NCBI GenBank assembly: GCA_030390025.1
Contig: CM059432.1
Location: 186,001 to 250,000 of the forward strand
DNA from: Squalus acanthias
Lineage: Eukaryota
Length of the DNA stretch: 64,000 nucleotides
Direction: 5' to 3'
Shown: positions 8,773-21,428 of the stretch, piece by piece
How the letters are laid out: each line of letters opens with the position of its first letter
Numbering within the stretch: position 1 is the first letter of the stretch
The notes under the pieces: model-generated
The model's database searches: none
Seen by the model: only the letters and a program-made list of their open reading frames with translations
Told to the model about the DNA's origin: nothing
Program-made: the position numbers and the translations under genes

Positions 8773-11336
8773 TGTAAGGGGTTCGCGTGGCTCTGTGCTT
8801 AGCCTGGGTGCTAGTGCGGGGTTAGGCCTTGTTGCCTGTTCTGGTCTCCAGCCAGCCTGGTAGCACTAGACACCTGTGAGTGGTTCGACCCACTCGCCCT
8901 TACGGTTCTGACACTGGACTTAGGTGCGAGAGCAGTAAATGCAGAGAAAAACTCAGGTAGACCCGGTTGAATAGTACGAAATGGAAAATCTTTATTGCAT
9001 ATTATTCAAGATTACGAAATACATGTCATGAGCACAGATTAATGACAGTACAAACTTACATACATTTATGCAACTAGGTTTAGGGAAATGAGGAGCGCAC
9101 GACACATCGTAAAAAGGGGCACACATTATAATTATCCTTAAAACAAAAACCCTCCCCTATCAATACCTGTCCTAATCTAGATCTGTAGGATTGAGAACCA
9201 TGCTCACCACTCGTGATAACTCGGAGAATTCTAAAACGATGCTCGGATGGTTTCGCCACAGCACCTGACTATTCACGTGTTGATCAGGGGTCTCTGTACC
9301 CCACTTGTTTACTCGCTTTGCTCCGGCTAGCAGGCTGGACCGTCTGCTGTCATGAAGATCTGTGTTGACCTCGGAACTCTGATAAAACTCAAAGAAGAGT
9401 CTTCCTGTGCCCGACACCAGTTAGCCGGTAGAATTCAAAGAAGAGTCTTTCTGGATCGACACCAGTTCGATAAAATTCGAAGAAAAGTCTTCCTGCGTCA
9501 GTTCGTGCAGTAACCTATAGAGTTCAAAAATGGTCTATATATTTTCGGGCGCGGTCGGGCTTTACTGACCACGGCGGCACGTGGATTCTTCTTCTTCTCT
9601 TCTCATCTCGTTTCGTCTCGTTGGGCCTTCGGGTCCCTACACCGTCTACCGACCCTCGGGATGGTGTACCCGCTTACCGGCCTTCACAGCCCAGCTCTTC
9701 ACAGATCTTCGCGGCAAGCCACGAGGTTGACTCCCGGAAGATCAGCGGACCAAGAGCTCGGTGGGCCACAAACGAGAGCCAGGGGTCGAATCAAGAGAAA
9801 GATGGACGTTTGTTTACTACAGTTATAATACTGTAATTCTTTATCTCCTGCCCAATCTTAATGTTCATCTTTTGTCATGTTTTGGCGCTCAAACTTCTTG
9901 TATGGGGTGGTTCTTGTCGTCAATGGGTTTCGGTGATACTTGTAACTGTCTAAGTACCCGTTAATGTTTCTCCCATTGTGGAACCGGCTAGGAATCTCCC
10001 TGGAGGGGTTTTGGGGCGCTCCGAATTCTTGCTGTGAGTACCCGCGAACGGCTCTCTCATCGTAGAGCCGTGGGGAATTTGCGTATCAATGTCTTTGGAT
10101 GGGCCCTTAATTGCCCAGTACAATAGCCCTCGTTTGTGCATGGAAAACCGATTCCAGCACTTATGTTCTCTTAGGTGTACAAAATGCAAAACGATCGCGT
10201 CTTGTCTTATTTCATTATGCTGAGTACTGTCCGATCTTGCTGAAATGTTTATTGAAACGCCATCTTGTCTGCCTACTGAAAAGTCTAGAAACTTCTGCCA
10301 CGAGGCGCGGCGGCCATTTTACAGGCTGCTTGTGTCCGTTTTTGAACCTGACAGCATTTTGCTGAAATAAAGCTGTTTTTACGAAACTGTATGGGGTAAA
10401 AATTCAGTTGGTTGTGCCTCCCGTTAGCGCCTTAAGAGGGTGCTAATGGGGCGCAAAGCCGCTAACGCCCGGGCGCAGCGATGTTTGCGCCGCTCGGGAA
10501 CTTAACTAGAGATTGTGCGGCGGCGCTAAACTTTACCGCTGCGACCACCTGCGCGCGCAGATTGTGATGTCATTCCATGGTGCAACGCCCTTGTGGCGCC
10601 CCGGAGCGGAAATTGAGTGGCGCCCCCTGCCTTACCGCCTGGCGCATCCAACGACCAGAAGACTGGAACGCTATCAATCGCTGTGGGGCTGGGGGGGGCG
10701 CTATTTAAAGGGGGCCTCTTCCTGTCTTTTATTGTTGGTGGCATTTTTGAACTACGCATTCTGAGAGAGAGAGGGAGAGACTTCTGGAGAGATTCAACGT
10801 TGTGTGAAGGAGTTTTGGGTACTGAGCAGCACTTTGCAGGTTCATTTTGATTTGCCATTCCTTGTATCGATTTAGCAGAGACTGTGGGAGCTGCACTCTG
10901 AGCTCTTTGCCTGGTACTCTCCATTGTTCTTTCCAGCACATTTGATGTGCAAGTCTCTCCAGGCCGAGATTCAAGGCAGCAATGAACAGGATGTGGATGG
11001 AAAGCAAGATTAACCATCCCCTTTAAGAACTGGCCCGTGCCATTGTGTGTGTGTTCCATTGCTGACTGACATCACATGAGCTTCGCCAGCGCTCTGAGTT
11101 AGCGCCTCACTCCTCGGCCTTTGCGCCTTAAGACAGGTGTGCAGCGCCTGATTTAGCGCTCCACTCACCTCCCGGGCCGGTAAAAGTGAAGTTTCCAGTC
11201 AGTGCCGATAATTAGCGCCAGGCGCTAATATTTGCGTCCGGACGATATTTGCGCCCCAAATGGGGCGCGACCTAATTTTTTCCCCCTATGTCTCTATCTC
11301 GTTATTTCGAAATCGCGATAATTTGCGAATTCTACA
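8773..11336 (-). repeat. 5' LTR (~1.67 kb excluding the inserted MITE)
   Basis: On minus it starts TGTAGAATTCGC at 11336 and ends CCCCTTACA at 8773; TATATA 9541-9536, AATAAA 8996-8991, U5 hairpin 8897-8876. Confidence 0.85.
10393..11286. mobile_element. Non-autonomous DNA transposon (PIF/Harbinger-type MITE) copy 1, inside the LTR
   Basis: Termini GGGGTAAAAATT...AATTTTTTCCCCC; 3-bp TSD TAT; near-identical to 13733-14625 and 38097-38989. Confidence 0.8.
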
Positions 11337-13302
11337 TAAGTCAAAGGAGGAAGCTTATAAAGTTGCCAGAAAAAGCAGTCAGCCTGAGGATTGGGATCTT
11401 TTTAGAAATCAGCAACAGGGGGAGCAAGAAATTGATAAAGAAAGGGAAAATGGAATATGAGCACAATCTAGCGAAAAATATAAAAACAGATTGTAAAAGC
11501 TTCTATAGGTATGTGAAAAGGAAAAGACTGGCGAAGGTAAATGTAGGTCCTTTACAGTCAGAGACGGGAGAATTTATAATGGGGAATGAGGAAATGGCAG
11601 TGAAATTCAATAAATACTTTGTTTCTGTCTTCACGGAGTCAGACACAAAAAACCTCCCAGAAATACGAGAAAATCAAGGGTGTGACGAGAATGAGGAACT
11701 TAAAGAAATTATTAGTAAAAAAACAGTACTAGCAAAATTAATGGGACTAAAAGTCGATAAATCCCAAGGACCGGAAGACCTATTTCCTAGGGTTTTGAAT
11801 GAGGTGGCCATTGGAATGGTGGACGCATTGGTTGTCATCTTCCAAAATTCTATAGATTCTGGAACGGTTCCTGCAGATTGGAGGATAGCAAATGTAACCC
11901 CGCTTTTTAAGAAAGGAGGGAGAGAGAAAACGGGGAACTACAGACCTGTTATAAAGGATGCAATAATTGGGCACTTAGAAACTAATAGTAAGATTGGGCA
12001 GAGTCAACATGAATTTATGAAAGGGAAATCCTGTTGGACAAACCTATTGGAGTTCTTTGAGGATGGAACTAGTGGAGAAGACAAAGGGGAACCAGTAGAT
12101 GTGGTGTATCTGGATTTTCAGAAAGCCTTCGATAAGGTCCCACACAAGAGGTTGGTGAACAAAATTAGGGCACATGGAATTGGGGGTAATATACTAGCAT
12201 AGATTGAGAATTGGTTAACAGATAGAAAACAAAGAGTAGGGATAAACGAGTCTTTTTCAGGATGACAGGCTGTGACTTGTGGGGTACCGCAAGGATCAGT
12301 GCTTGGGCCCCAGCTATTCACAATCTATATCAATCATTTGGATGAGGGGACTAAATGTAACATTTCCAAATTTGCTGATGATACAAAGCTAGGTGGCAGT
12401 GTCAGTTGCGAAGAGGATGTGAAGAGGCTTCAAGGGGATCTCGACAGGTTCAGTGAGTGGGCGAGAACATGGCAGATGGAATATAATGTGGATAACTGTG
12501 AAGTTATCCACTTTGGTAGAAAAAACAGAAAGGCAGAGTATTTCCTAAATGGTGAAAGATTGGGGAATGCAGATGCTCAAAGGGACCTGGGTGTCCTTGT
12601 ACATGAGTCATTGAAAGTGAATGTGCAGGTGCAGCAAACCATTGGGAAGGCAAATGGTATGCTGGCCTTCATTACAAGAGAATTTGAGTACAGGAGTAAA
12701 GAAGTCTTACTCCAATTATATAGGGCCTTGGTGAGACCACACCTGAAGTACAATGTACAATTTTGGTCTCCTTACCTAGGAAGTATATACTTACCATAGA
12801 GGGAGTGCAACGAAGGTTCACGAGATTGATTCCTGGGATGGCGGGACTGTCGTATGAGAAGAGATTGAGTAAACTAGGCCTTTATTCTCTTGAATTCAGA
12901 AGAATGAGAGGGGATCTCATTGAAGCATACAAAATTATTACAGGGCTTGATAGGGTGGATGCTGGGAGAATGTTTCGCTTGGCTGGGAGTCTAGAACCAG
13001 GGGCCACAGCCTTAGGATAAAGGGTAGGCCATTCAGGACTGAGATGAGAAGAAATGTCTTCACACAGAGGGTGGTGAATCTTTGGAATTCTCTACCCCAG
13101 AGGGCTGTGGAGGCTCAGTCATTGGGTATATTCAAAACAGACGTCGATAGATTTCTGACTAGTAAGGGCATCAAGGGATATGGCGATAGGGCCGGTGAAT
13201 GGAGTTGAGGCAGAAGATCAGCCATGATCTCATTGAATGGTGGAGCAGGCTCGAAGGGCCGAATGGCCGACTCCTGCTCCTATTTTTCTATGTTTCTATG
13301 TT
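11337..13302 (+). mobile_element. CR1 ORF2 3' part (degenerate), segmental paralog of 34432-36401
   Basis: RT motifs [28 protein letters not shown]; same lesions as the paralog (ILA-TAG; deletion after NYRPV). Confidence 0.92.
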
Positions 13303-13732
13303 TCAGTGATACTTCCCTCAAACAAGAGTTCCTGACCGACCTGTTCTTCAATCCTTTCAGGAGTTTTATGAAGAGTCACTTATTTCTTTGCAGAAGCATC
13401 TCTCATAGAGAATACTCAGACATTTGGAGCAGAAGATAAGACATGCTTTCCCTGCCGCACCCCCGCTGCTATCCTGTTCACCTCGGAAAGCCAGTTGCTC
13501 CGAGCCACAAGGAAGTTCGATTATTAAGAACATAAGAATTAGGAGCAGGAGTCGGCCATTCGGCTCCTCGAGCCTGCTCCGCCATTTAATGAGATCATAG
13601 CTGATCTTTGACCTCAACTCCACTTTCCCGCCTGATCCCCATATCCCTTTGATTCCCTTCGGGGCCAAAATTCGGTTGGTTAGCGCCTCCTGTTAGAGCC
13701 TCCGGGGGGCGCTAACAGGGCGCTAGGAACTA

Positions 13733-14625
13733 AGGGTAAAAATTCACTTGGTTGCGCCTCCCGTTAGCGCCTTAAGAGGGCGCTAATGGGGCGCAAAGCC
13801 GCTAACGCCCGTGCGCAGCGATGTTTGCGCCGCTCGAGAACTTAACTTGAGATTGTGCGGCGGCGCTAAAACTTACCGCTGCGACCACCTGCGCGCGCAG
13901 ATTGTGACGTCATTCCATGGTGCAACGCCCTTGGGGCGCCCCGTAGTGGAAATTGAGTGGCGCCCCCTGCCTTACCGCCTGGCGCTTCCAACGACCAGAA
14001 GACTGGAACGCTATCAATCGCTGTGGGGCTGGGGGGGGCGCTATTTAAAGGGGGCCTCTTCCGGTCTTTTATTGTTGGTGGCATTTTTGAACTACGCATT
14101 CTGAGAGAGAGAGGGAGAGACTTCTGGAGAGATTCAACGTTGTGTGAAGGAGTTTTGGGTACTGAGCAGCACTTTGCAGGTTCATTTTGATTTGCCATTC
14201 CTTGTATCGATTTAGCAGAGAATGTGGGAGCTGCACTCTGAGCTCCTTGCCTGGTACTCTCCATTGTTCTTTCCAGCACATTTGATGTGCAAGTCTCTCC
14301 AGGCCGAGATTCAAGGCTGCAATGAACAGGATGTGGATGGAAAGCAAGATTAACCATCCCCTTTAAGAACTGGCCCGTGCCATTGTGTGTGTGTTCCATT
14401 GCTGACTGACATTACATGAGCTTCGCCAGCGCTCTGAGTTAGCGCCTCACTCCTTGGCCTTTGCGCCTTAAGAGAGGTGTGCAGCGCCTGCTTTAGCGCT
14501 CCACTCACCTCCCGGGACGGTAAAAGTGAAGTTTCCTGTCAGTGCCGATAATTAGCGCCAGGCGCTAATATTTGCGTCCGGACGATATTTGCGCCCCAAA
14601 TGGGGCGCGACCTAATTTCTACCCC
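13733..14625. mobile_element. MITE copy 2, nested in a related GC-rich element
   Basis: Same termini; TAA/TTA flanks; empty site ggaac-TTA-gtgcc at ~36843. Confidence 0.8.
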
Positions 14626-15912
14626 TTAGTGCCTGACCACGGTGATTTTAGCCCCATTCGCGAAATTGACCAACTGGTTCACTCATGTCCCTTTAGGGAA
14701 GGAAACCTGCCGTCCTTACCCGGTCTGGTCCTATAGGTGACTCCAGTCCCACACTAACCTGGTTGACCCTGAACTGCCCCATGAAATAGCCCAGCGAGAC
14801 ACTCAGTTGTATCAGACTTGCTATTGGGGAACTGGGGATGGGCAAAAAACGTCGGCCTTGCCAGCGACGCCCACATCCCGAGAATGAATAAATAAAAAGT
14901 GCTTGAGAGCGAGTTGAGAGGAATTGTGAATGACAAAATGAAAATGTTAAATCACAACAGAAAATGCTGGGAACACTCAGCAGGTCAGGCAGCATCGAGG
15001 AGAGAGAAACAGAGTCAACGTTTCCAGTCGGGGAACCTTCGTCAGAAGGAAAATGTTAGTTTGGCTAAAGGAAGACAAAGCATCAGGAGCTGATGGGATT
15101 AATCCTGGGATCCTGAGGGAGATTGAGGAGATAATTGGAGATTATATTACTGGGTCTACTGAGTGTGGATGTGTGCCCGAGGACTGGAGAGTGATCAATG
15201 TATTACATAGAATGTACAGCACAGAAAGAGGCCATCGGCCCAACTGGTCCGTGCCGGTGTTTCTGTTCCACACGAGCCTCCGCCCACCCCTCTTCATCTC
15301 ACCCCATCACCATATCCTTCTATTCCTTTCTCCCTCATGTATTTATCTAGCCTCCTATTAAATGCATCTTTACTATTCGCCTCAACCACTCCCTGTGGTA
15401 GCGAGTTCCACATTCTCACCACTCTCTGGGTAAAGAAGTTTCTCCTGAATTCCCTATTGGATTCATTAGTGACTGTCTTATATTTATGGCCCCTAGTTCT
15501 GGTCTCCCCCAACAAGTTGAAACATCTTCTCTACATCTACCCCATCAAACCCTTTCATTACGTTAAAGACCTCGATCAGGAGTGAAGGTGAAGAGAGTCA
15601 GTGAACTGAGGAGTGAGAATCAGGCAGCTAAATGGTTTAATCTCATTGGTTGGCTGCCTCATGAGCTGATATTTGGGTTGGAACCTCATGCTCTGGAAAG
15701 GTGGAGGGACGAGGAGGCGAAACATATTGTGTGTGGAGTCTGGGATCAGGAGTTGGAGCAGAATTCTCTTTAAGAAGGTCGAATGAAGCCTGGCTTTAAT
15801 TTGGTGACTGGTTGGTCTAAACTGTGCTGTGTGGTTTGGGTCTGTGTTCTTGTGTCTTTACTAACGGAGGATCCTCCCTCTCTGTTTCACTCATTCCTGC
15901 AGGTTTTAAACC

Positions 15913-18900
15913 ATGGCAGCTGTGAGGGCAACCCTGGTTATGGACAATGGATCTGGAATAACTAAGGCCGGGTATGCAGGGGACGATGGCCCCTGTGTTT
16001 CATTTCCCTCCGTCGTGGGGCATCCTCAAGAACAGGTGAGTCCTACAACGAGGCATTGGAAGGAGATTCAATCCTTTGCTTTGGGTGTAAGGTGGGGGCT
16101 GGGTCTGCCTTTCCATATTTCAAACAGCCAGCTGAATGTTAATGTATCGTCCCGGGGCTGAGATCAACCTTAACCCTCGCTGGCTCTTGCTCTTGCAGTG
16201 AGCAATGTCCACAGTGTGTGCGTGTCCCTTTCCCCTGTTGTGGTGGTTTTTAGATATCAGTGCGGGGCTGTTCCAGTTTGGGTTTTTACTCGAACCCTAC
16301 TCCTTGGCCCCAGTTTCTTGAAAAACAGGCTGCATCTCTGATGAAGTGAATGCTAGGGCTTGGTCCAATTGGATTGCGGCCAGAACAAATAAACCAAACG
16401 GCAAACATGTTAGAAACATAGAAACAGAAAAATAGGAGCAGGAGTCGGCCATTCGGACCTTCGAGCCTGCTCCGCCATTCAATACGATCATGGCTGATTC
16501 TATATCTCAATACCATATTCCCGCTCTCTCCCCATACCCCTTGATGCCTTTTGTGTCTGGAAATCTATCTATCTCCTTCTTAAATATATTCAGTGACTTG
16601 GCCTCCACAGCCTTCTGTGGTAGAGAATTCCACAGGTTCACCACCCTCTGAGTGAAGAAATTTCTCCTCATCTCAGTCCTAAATGTCCTACCCTGTATCC
16701 TGAGACTGTGACCCCTCGTTCTAGACCCCCCCAGCTAGGGGAAACTTCCTCCCTGCATCCAGTCTGTCTAGCCCTGTCAGAATTTTACACGTTTCAATGA
16801 GATCCCCTCTCATTCTTCTAAACTCTAGCAGATACAGGCCTAGTCGACCCAATCTCTCCTCATACGACAGTCCTGCCATCCCAGGAATCAGTCTGGTGAA
16901 CCTTCGCTGCACTCCCTCTATGGCAAGTATATCCTTTCTTAGGTAAGGTGACCAAAACTGCACACAGTACTCCAGGTGTGGTCTCACCAAGGCCCTGTAC
17001 AACTGTAGTAAGACATCCTTGCTCCTGTACTCAAATCCTCTTGCAATGAAGGCCAACATGCCATTTGCCTTCCTAACTGCTTGCTGCACCTGCATGTTTG
17101 CTTTCAGTGACTGGTATACAAGGACACCCAGGTCCCTTTGTACATCAGCATTTCCCAATCTATCACCATTTCAATAATACTCTGCCTTTCTGTTTTTCCT
17201 ACCGAAGTGTATAACTTCACATTTATCCACGTTATACTGCATCGGCCATGTATTTGCCCACTCACTCAACTTGTCTAAATCGCCTTGAAGCCTCTTTGCA
17301 TCCTCCTCACAACTCACAATCCCACCTAGTTTCATGTCGTCAGCAAACTTGGAAATATTACATTTGGTTCCCTCATCCAAATCATTGATATATATTGTGA
17401 ATAGCTGGGGCCCAAGCACTGATCCCTGCAGTACCCCACTAGTCACCGCCTGCCACCCCGAAAAAGACCCATTTATTCCTACTCTCTGTTTCCTGTCTGT
17501 TAACCAATTTTCAATCCATGCCAGTATATTACCCCCAATCCCATGTGCTTTAATTTTGCACACTAACCTCTTATGTGGGACTTTATCAAAGGCCTTCTGA
17601 AAATCCAAATACACCACATCCATTGGTTCTCCGTTATCTAGTCTACCAGTTACATCCTCAAAAAACTCCAGTAGGTTTGTCAAACACGATTTCCCTTTCA
17701 TAAATCCATGTTGACTTTGTCTAATCCCGTTGATATTTTCTAAGTGTCCTGTTATCACATCCTTTATAATAGACTCTAGCATTTTCTCAACTACTAATGT
17801 TAGGCTAACCGGTCTGTAGTTCCCTGTTTTCTCTCTCCCTCCTTTTTTAAATAGTGGGGTTACATTTGCCACCCTCCAATCTGCAGGAACTGTTCCATAG
17901 TCTATAGAATTTTGGAAGATGACAACCAATACATCCACTATTTCCATGGCTACCTCTTTTAGTACTCTGGGATGCAGATTATCAGACCCTGGGGATTTAT
18001 CAGCTTTCAGTCCCATTAATTTCTCCAGCACTATTTTTTTACTAATACTAATTTCCTTTACTTCCTCCTTCTCACTCGACCCTTGGTTCCCTCGCATTTC
18101 TGGGAAGTTATTTGTGTCCTCTTCCCTGAAGATAGAACCAAAGTATTTGTTTAATTGCTCTGCCATTTCCTTGTATCCCATTATAAATTCTCCCGTTTCT
18201 GACTGTGAGGGACCTACATTTGTCTTCACTAATCTTTTTCTTTTTACATACTTGTAGAAGCTTTTAAAGTCCACTTTTATGTTCCTTGCAAGTTGACTCT
18301 CATACTCTATTTTTCCCCTCTTAATCAATCTCTTGGTCCTTTTTTGCTGAACTCTAAACTGCTCCCAATCCTCAGGCTTGCTACTTTTTCTGGCAATTTT
18401 ATATGACTCCTCTTTGGATCGAATACTATCCTTAATTTCTTTTGTTAGCCATGGTTGGGCCACTTTTCATTTTGTGTTTTTGCACCAGAAAGGAATGTAT
18501 AACTGTTGCAATTCATGCATTCGTTCCTTAAATGTTAGCCATTGCCTATCCACCGTCCTGCCTTTTAATGAAGCTCCCCAATCTATCATAGCCAACTCAC
18601 TCCTCATACCTTCGTAGTTTCCTTTGTTTAGATTTAGGACCCTAGTTTCGGATTGAACAACTTCACTTTCCATTTTAATGAAGAATTCTATCATGTTATC
18701 ATCACTCTTCCCTAAAGGACCCCGCACAACAAGATTATTAATGAACCCCTTCTCATTGCACAATACCCAAACTAGGATAGCCTGTTCCCTAGTTGGCTCC
18801 TCAACGTACTGGTCTAAAAAACAATCTCGTACACACCCCAGGGATTCATCCTCCACAGTATTATTGCTAATTTGGTTTGGCCAGTCTATATGTAGATTAA

Positions 18901-21428
18901 AGTCTCCCATGATTACTGTAGTACCCTTGTTACATGCATCTCTAATTTCCTGTTTGATGCCGTCCCCTACATTACCACTACTGTTTGGAGGCCTATAGAC
19001 AACTCCCACCAATGTTTTCTGCCCCTTGGTGCTTCTTAGCTCCACCCAGACTGATTCTGTTGGTCATGCGTTAGAGGATTGGTGTGCGTGGAAGGTTGGC
19101 AGTGAGGGTGCGACTATCTGTTACGCACCCCACCTGTTTTCCTGCCCCTGTCTTCAGTGGCGAGGATAATCCGGTGGGTGATGAGAATCCGGCGGGCGAT
19201 CTGCTCTCACCAGTTTCCATCCTTGCCAAAGTTGAAAATGACTCCCAATTTGCATTGGCTCTTTTCTACCCTCTCCGTTCCAATCAACTCTACGTTGCTT
19301 TGTAAGTTTTGCTATTTAACTATAAGATGAAATTAAAGTATTGCTCCTCGATCTCCTGTTGCACTGCACACGGGCTGGCAAGACCAAGCGTCATCTTCAG
19401 ATTAAGTGGGCAATGTGGACATAGATTCCAATGTCTACATTGAAACCTCATCCTCGTTTTCAAATCTCTCCATGGCCTCGCTCCTCCCTATCTCTGTACC
19501 CTCCTCCAGCCCCACAACCCTCCGAGATCTCTGCACTCCTCCAATTCTGGCCTCTTGAGCATCCCCCGATTTTAATCGCTCCACCATTGGCATCCGTGTC
19601 TTCAGCTGACAAGGCCCTAAGCTCTGGAATTCCCTCCCTAAACCTCTCCGCCTCTCTTCTCCTGACTTGTGCCTTGTAGATGGTGGAAAGGTTTTGGGGA
19701 GTCAGGAGGTATCATCTCAGGCCTAAATGGCCAATCCCTTTATCCTGAGACTATGCCCCCTAGTTCTAGACTCTCCAGCCAGTGGAAACAGCCTCCCAGC
19801 ATCTACCCTTGGATGTTTCAATGAGATCAGCTTTCAATCTTCTAAACTCCACAGATTATAGGCCCATTCTATTCAATCACAGAACAGCCCTCTCATCCCA
19901 TGAATCAATCTAGTGGACCTTCGTTGCACCTCCTCTTAGGCAAGTAAATCCTTCCTTGGGCAAGGAGACCAAGACTGTACACAGTACTCCAGGTGTGGTC
20001 TCACCAAAGCCCCATATAATTGCAGCAAGACTTCCTTACCCCCTTTCAATTAAAGCTAACATATCATTTGCCTTCCTAAATGCCTGCTGTATCTGCATGT
20101 TACCAACATTTACTCGTCTCTCACCTTTTTATTCTATCTTTCTATTCTTCCTACCAAAGTGGATCATTTCAGATTCCCCCACATTATACTCCATCTGCCA
20201 CCTTCTTGCCCAATCACTTAACTGCTCCATCCCCATATCCCTTGATTCCCTTAATGCCCAGAAACCACTAACCCTCGCTTTACAATGTACAGTGCTACTG
20301 AATCCTGACCCAAATCATTTCAGCCACAATGATACAAAAAATCGACTTGAATACAAATCTGGAGCATGTTTGTGTAAAACACTCCTGCCTGGTTTATTGT
20401 GAATTCATCCTTTGTTTTATTCCCCATTCTAGGGTGTGATGGTGAGAATGGGTCAGAAGGACAGTTATGTTGGTGATGAAGCCCAGAGCAAGCGAGGGAT
20501 TCTGACCCTGAAGTACCCAATCGAGCGCGGGATTGTGACCAACTGGGATGACATGGAGAAGATCTGGCACCACACCTTCTACAATGAGCTGCGAGTGGCC
20601 CCAGAGGAGCATCCTGTTCTCCTCACAGAGGCACCTCTCAACCCCCAAGCCAATCGGGAGAAGATGGCCCAGATCATGTTTGAGACCTTCAACACATCGG
20701 CCATGTATGTTGCAATTCAAGCTGTGCTGTCTTTGTACGCCTCTGACCGCACAACTGGCATTGTGCTAGATTCTTGTGATGGTGTGACCCACACTGTGCC
20801 AATCTATGATGGGTATGTCTTGCGTCATGGCATCCTGCGACTAGACCTGGCTGGCCGGCATCTCACTGACTACATGAAGAAGATCCTGACTGAACGTGGG
20901 TATTCCTCAGCTGAGAGGGAGATCGTGAGTGACATCAAGGAGAAACTTGCCTACGTGGTCCTAGATTTTGAATCTGAGTTGCAGACGGCTGGCTCTTCCT
21001 CATCCTTGGAGAAAAGTTACGAGCTCCGTGATGGCCAAGTAATCACCATCGGCAATGAGCGTTTCAGGTGCCCAGAAGCCCTCTTCCAACCCTCCTTCAT
21101 TGGGCTAGGTTCTGCTGGGATCCACGAGGCCTGTTACAACTGCATCATTAAATGTGACGTAGACATCAGGAAGGATCTGTATGCCAACACCGTCTTGTCT
21201 GGTGGTTCCACCATGTTCCCTGGTATGGCTGATCAGATGCAGAAGGAAGTCACAGCCTTGGCTCCGAGCACAATGAAGATTAAGATTATTGCTCCGCCCG
21301 AGAGGAAGTATTCAGTGTGGATCGGAGGATCCATCTTGGCTTCTCTCTCCACCTTCCAGCAAATGTGGATCAGCAAGCAGGAGTACGATGTGTCTGGGCC
21401 CTCCGTAGTCCATCGCAAGAGCTTCTAA
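15913..21428 (+). CDS. Divergent actin-like protein, copy 2: join(15913..16035,20433..21428), 372 aa
   Basis: GT-AG intron after Q41; exon 2 begins ttctag|GGT GTG ATG ([29 protein letters not shown]) and is open to HRKSF*; clearly actin family, closest in pattern to cytoplasmic actins; expression unknown. Confidence 0.85.
16412..19057 (-). mobile_element. CR1 insertion 'B' (APE C-terminus plus RT) in the actin intron
   Basis: ORFs 18467..19045, 17171..18463 and 16721..17158; TGTT flanks; empty site at ~42735. Confidence 0.92.
19715..20260 (-). mobile_element. Degraded CR1 fragments
   Basis: Decayed matches to the CR1 RT C-terminal region. Confidence 0.6.

Larger units (their letters stand above)
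3592..11336 (-). mobile_element. Endogenous retrovirus-like LTR element: LTR-PBS-gag-(UGA)-ORFX-env, lacking pol, 3'-truncated
   Basis: TGTA...TACA LTR, tRNA-Arg PBS, CCHC gag, fusion-glycoprotein env; inserted into a CR1 whose paralogous site at ~34432 is empty. Confidence 0.88.

Noticed and set aside
10526..11059. 177-aa ORF present in all three MITE copies
   Set aside because: Conservation reflects near-identical DNA copies; no transposase or other recognisable domain.
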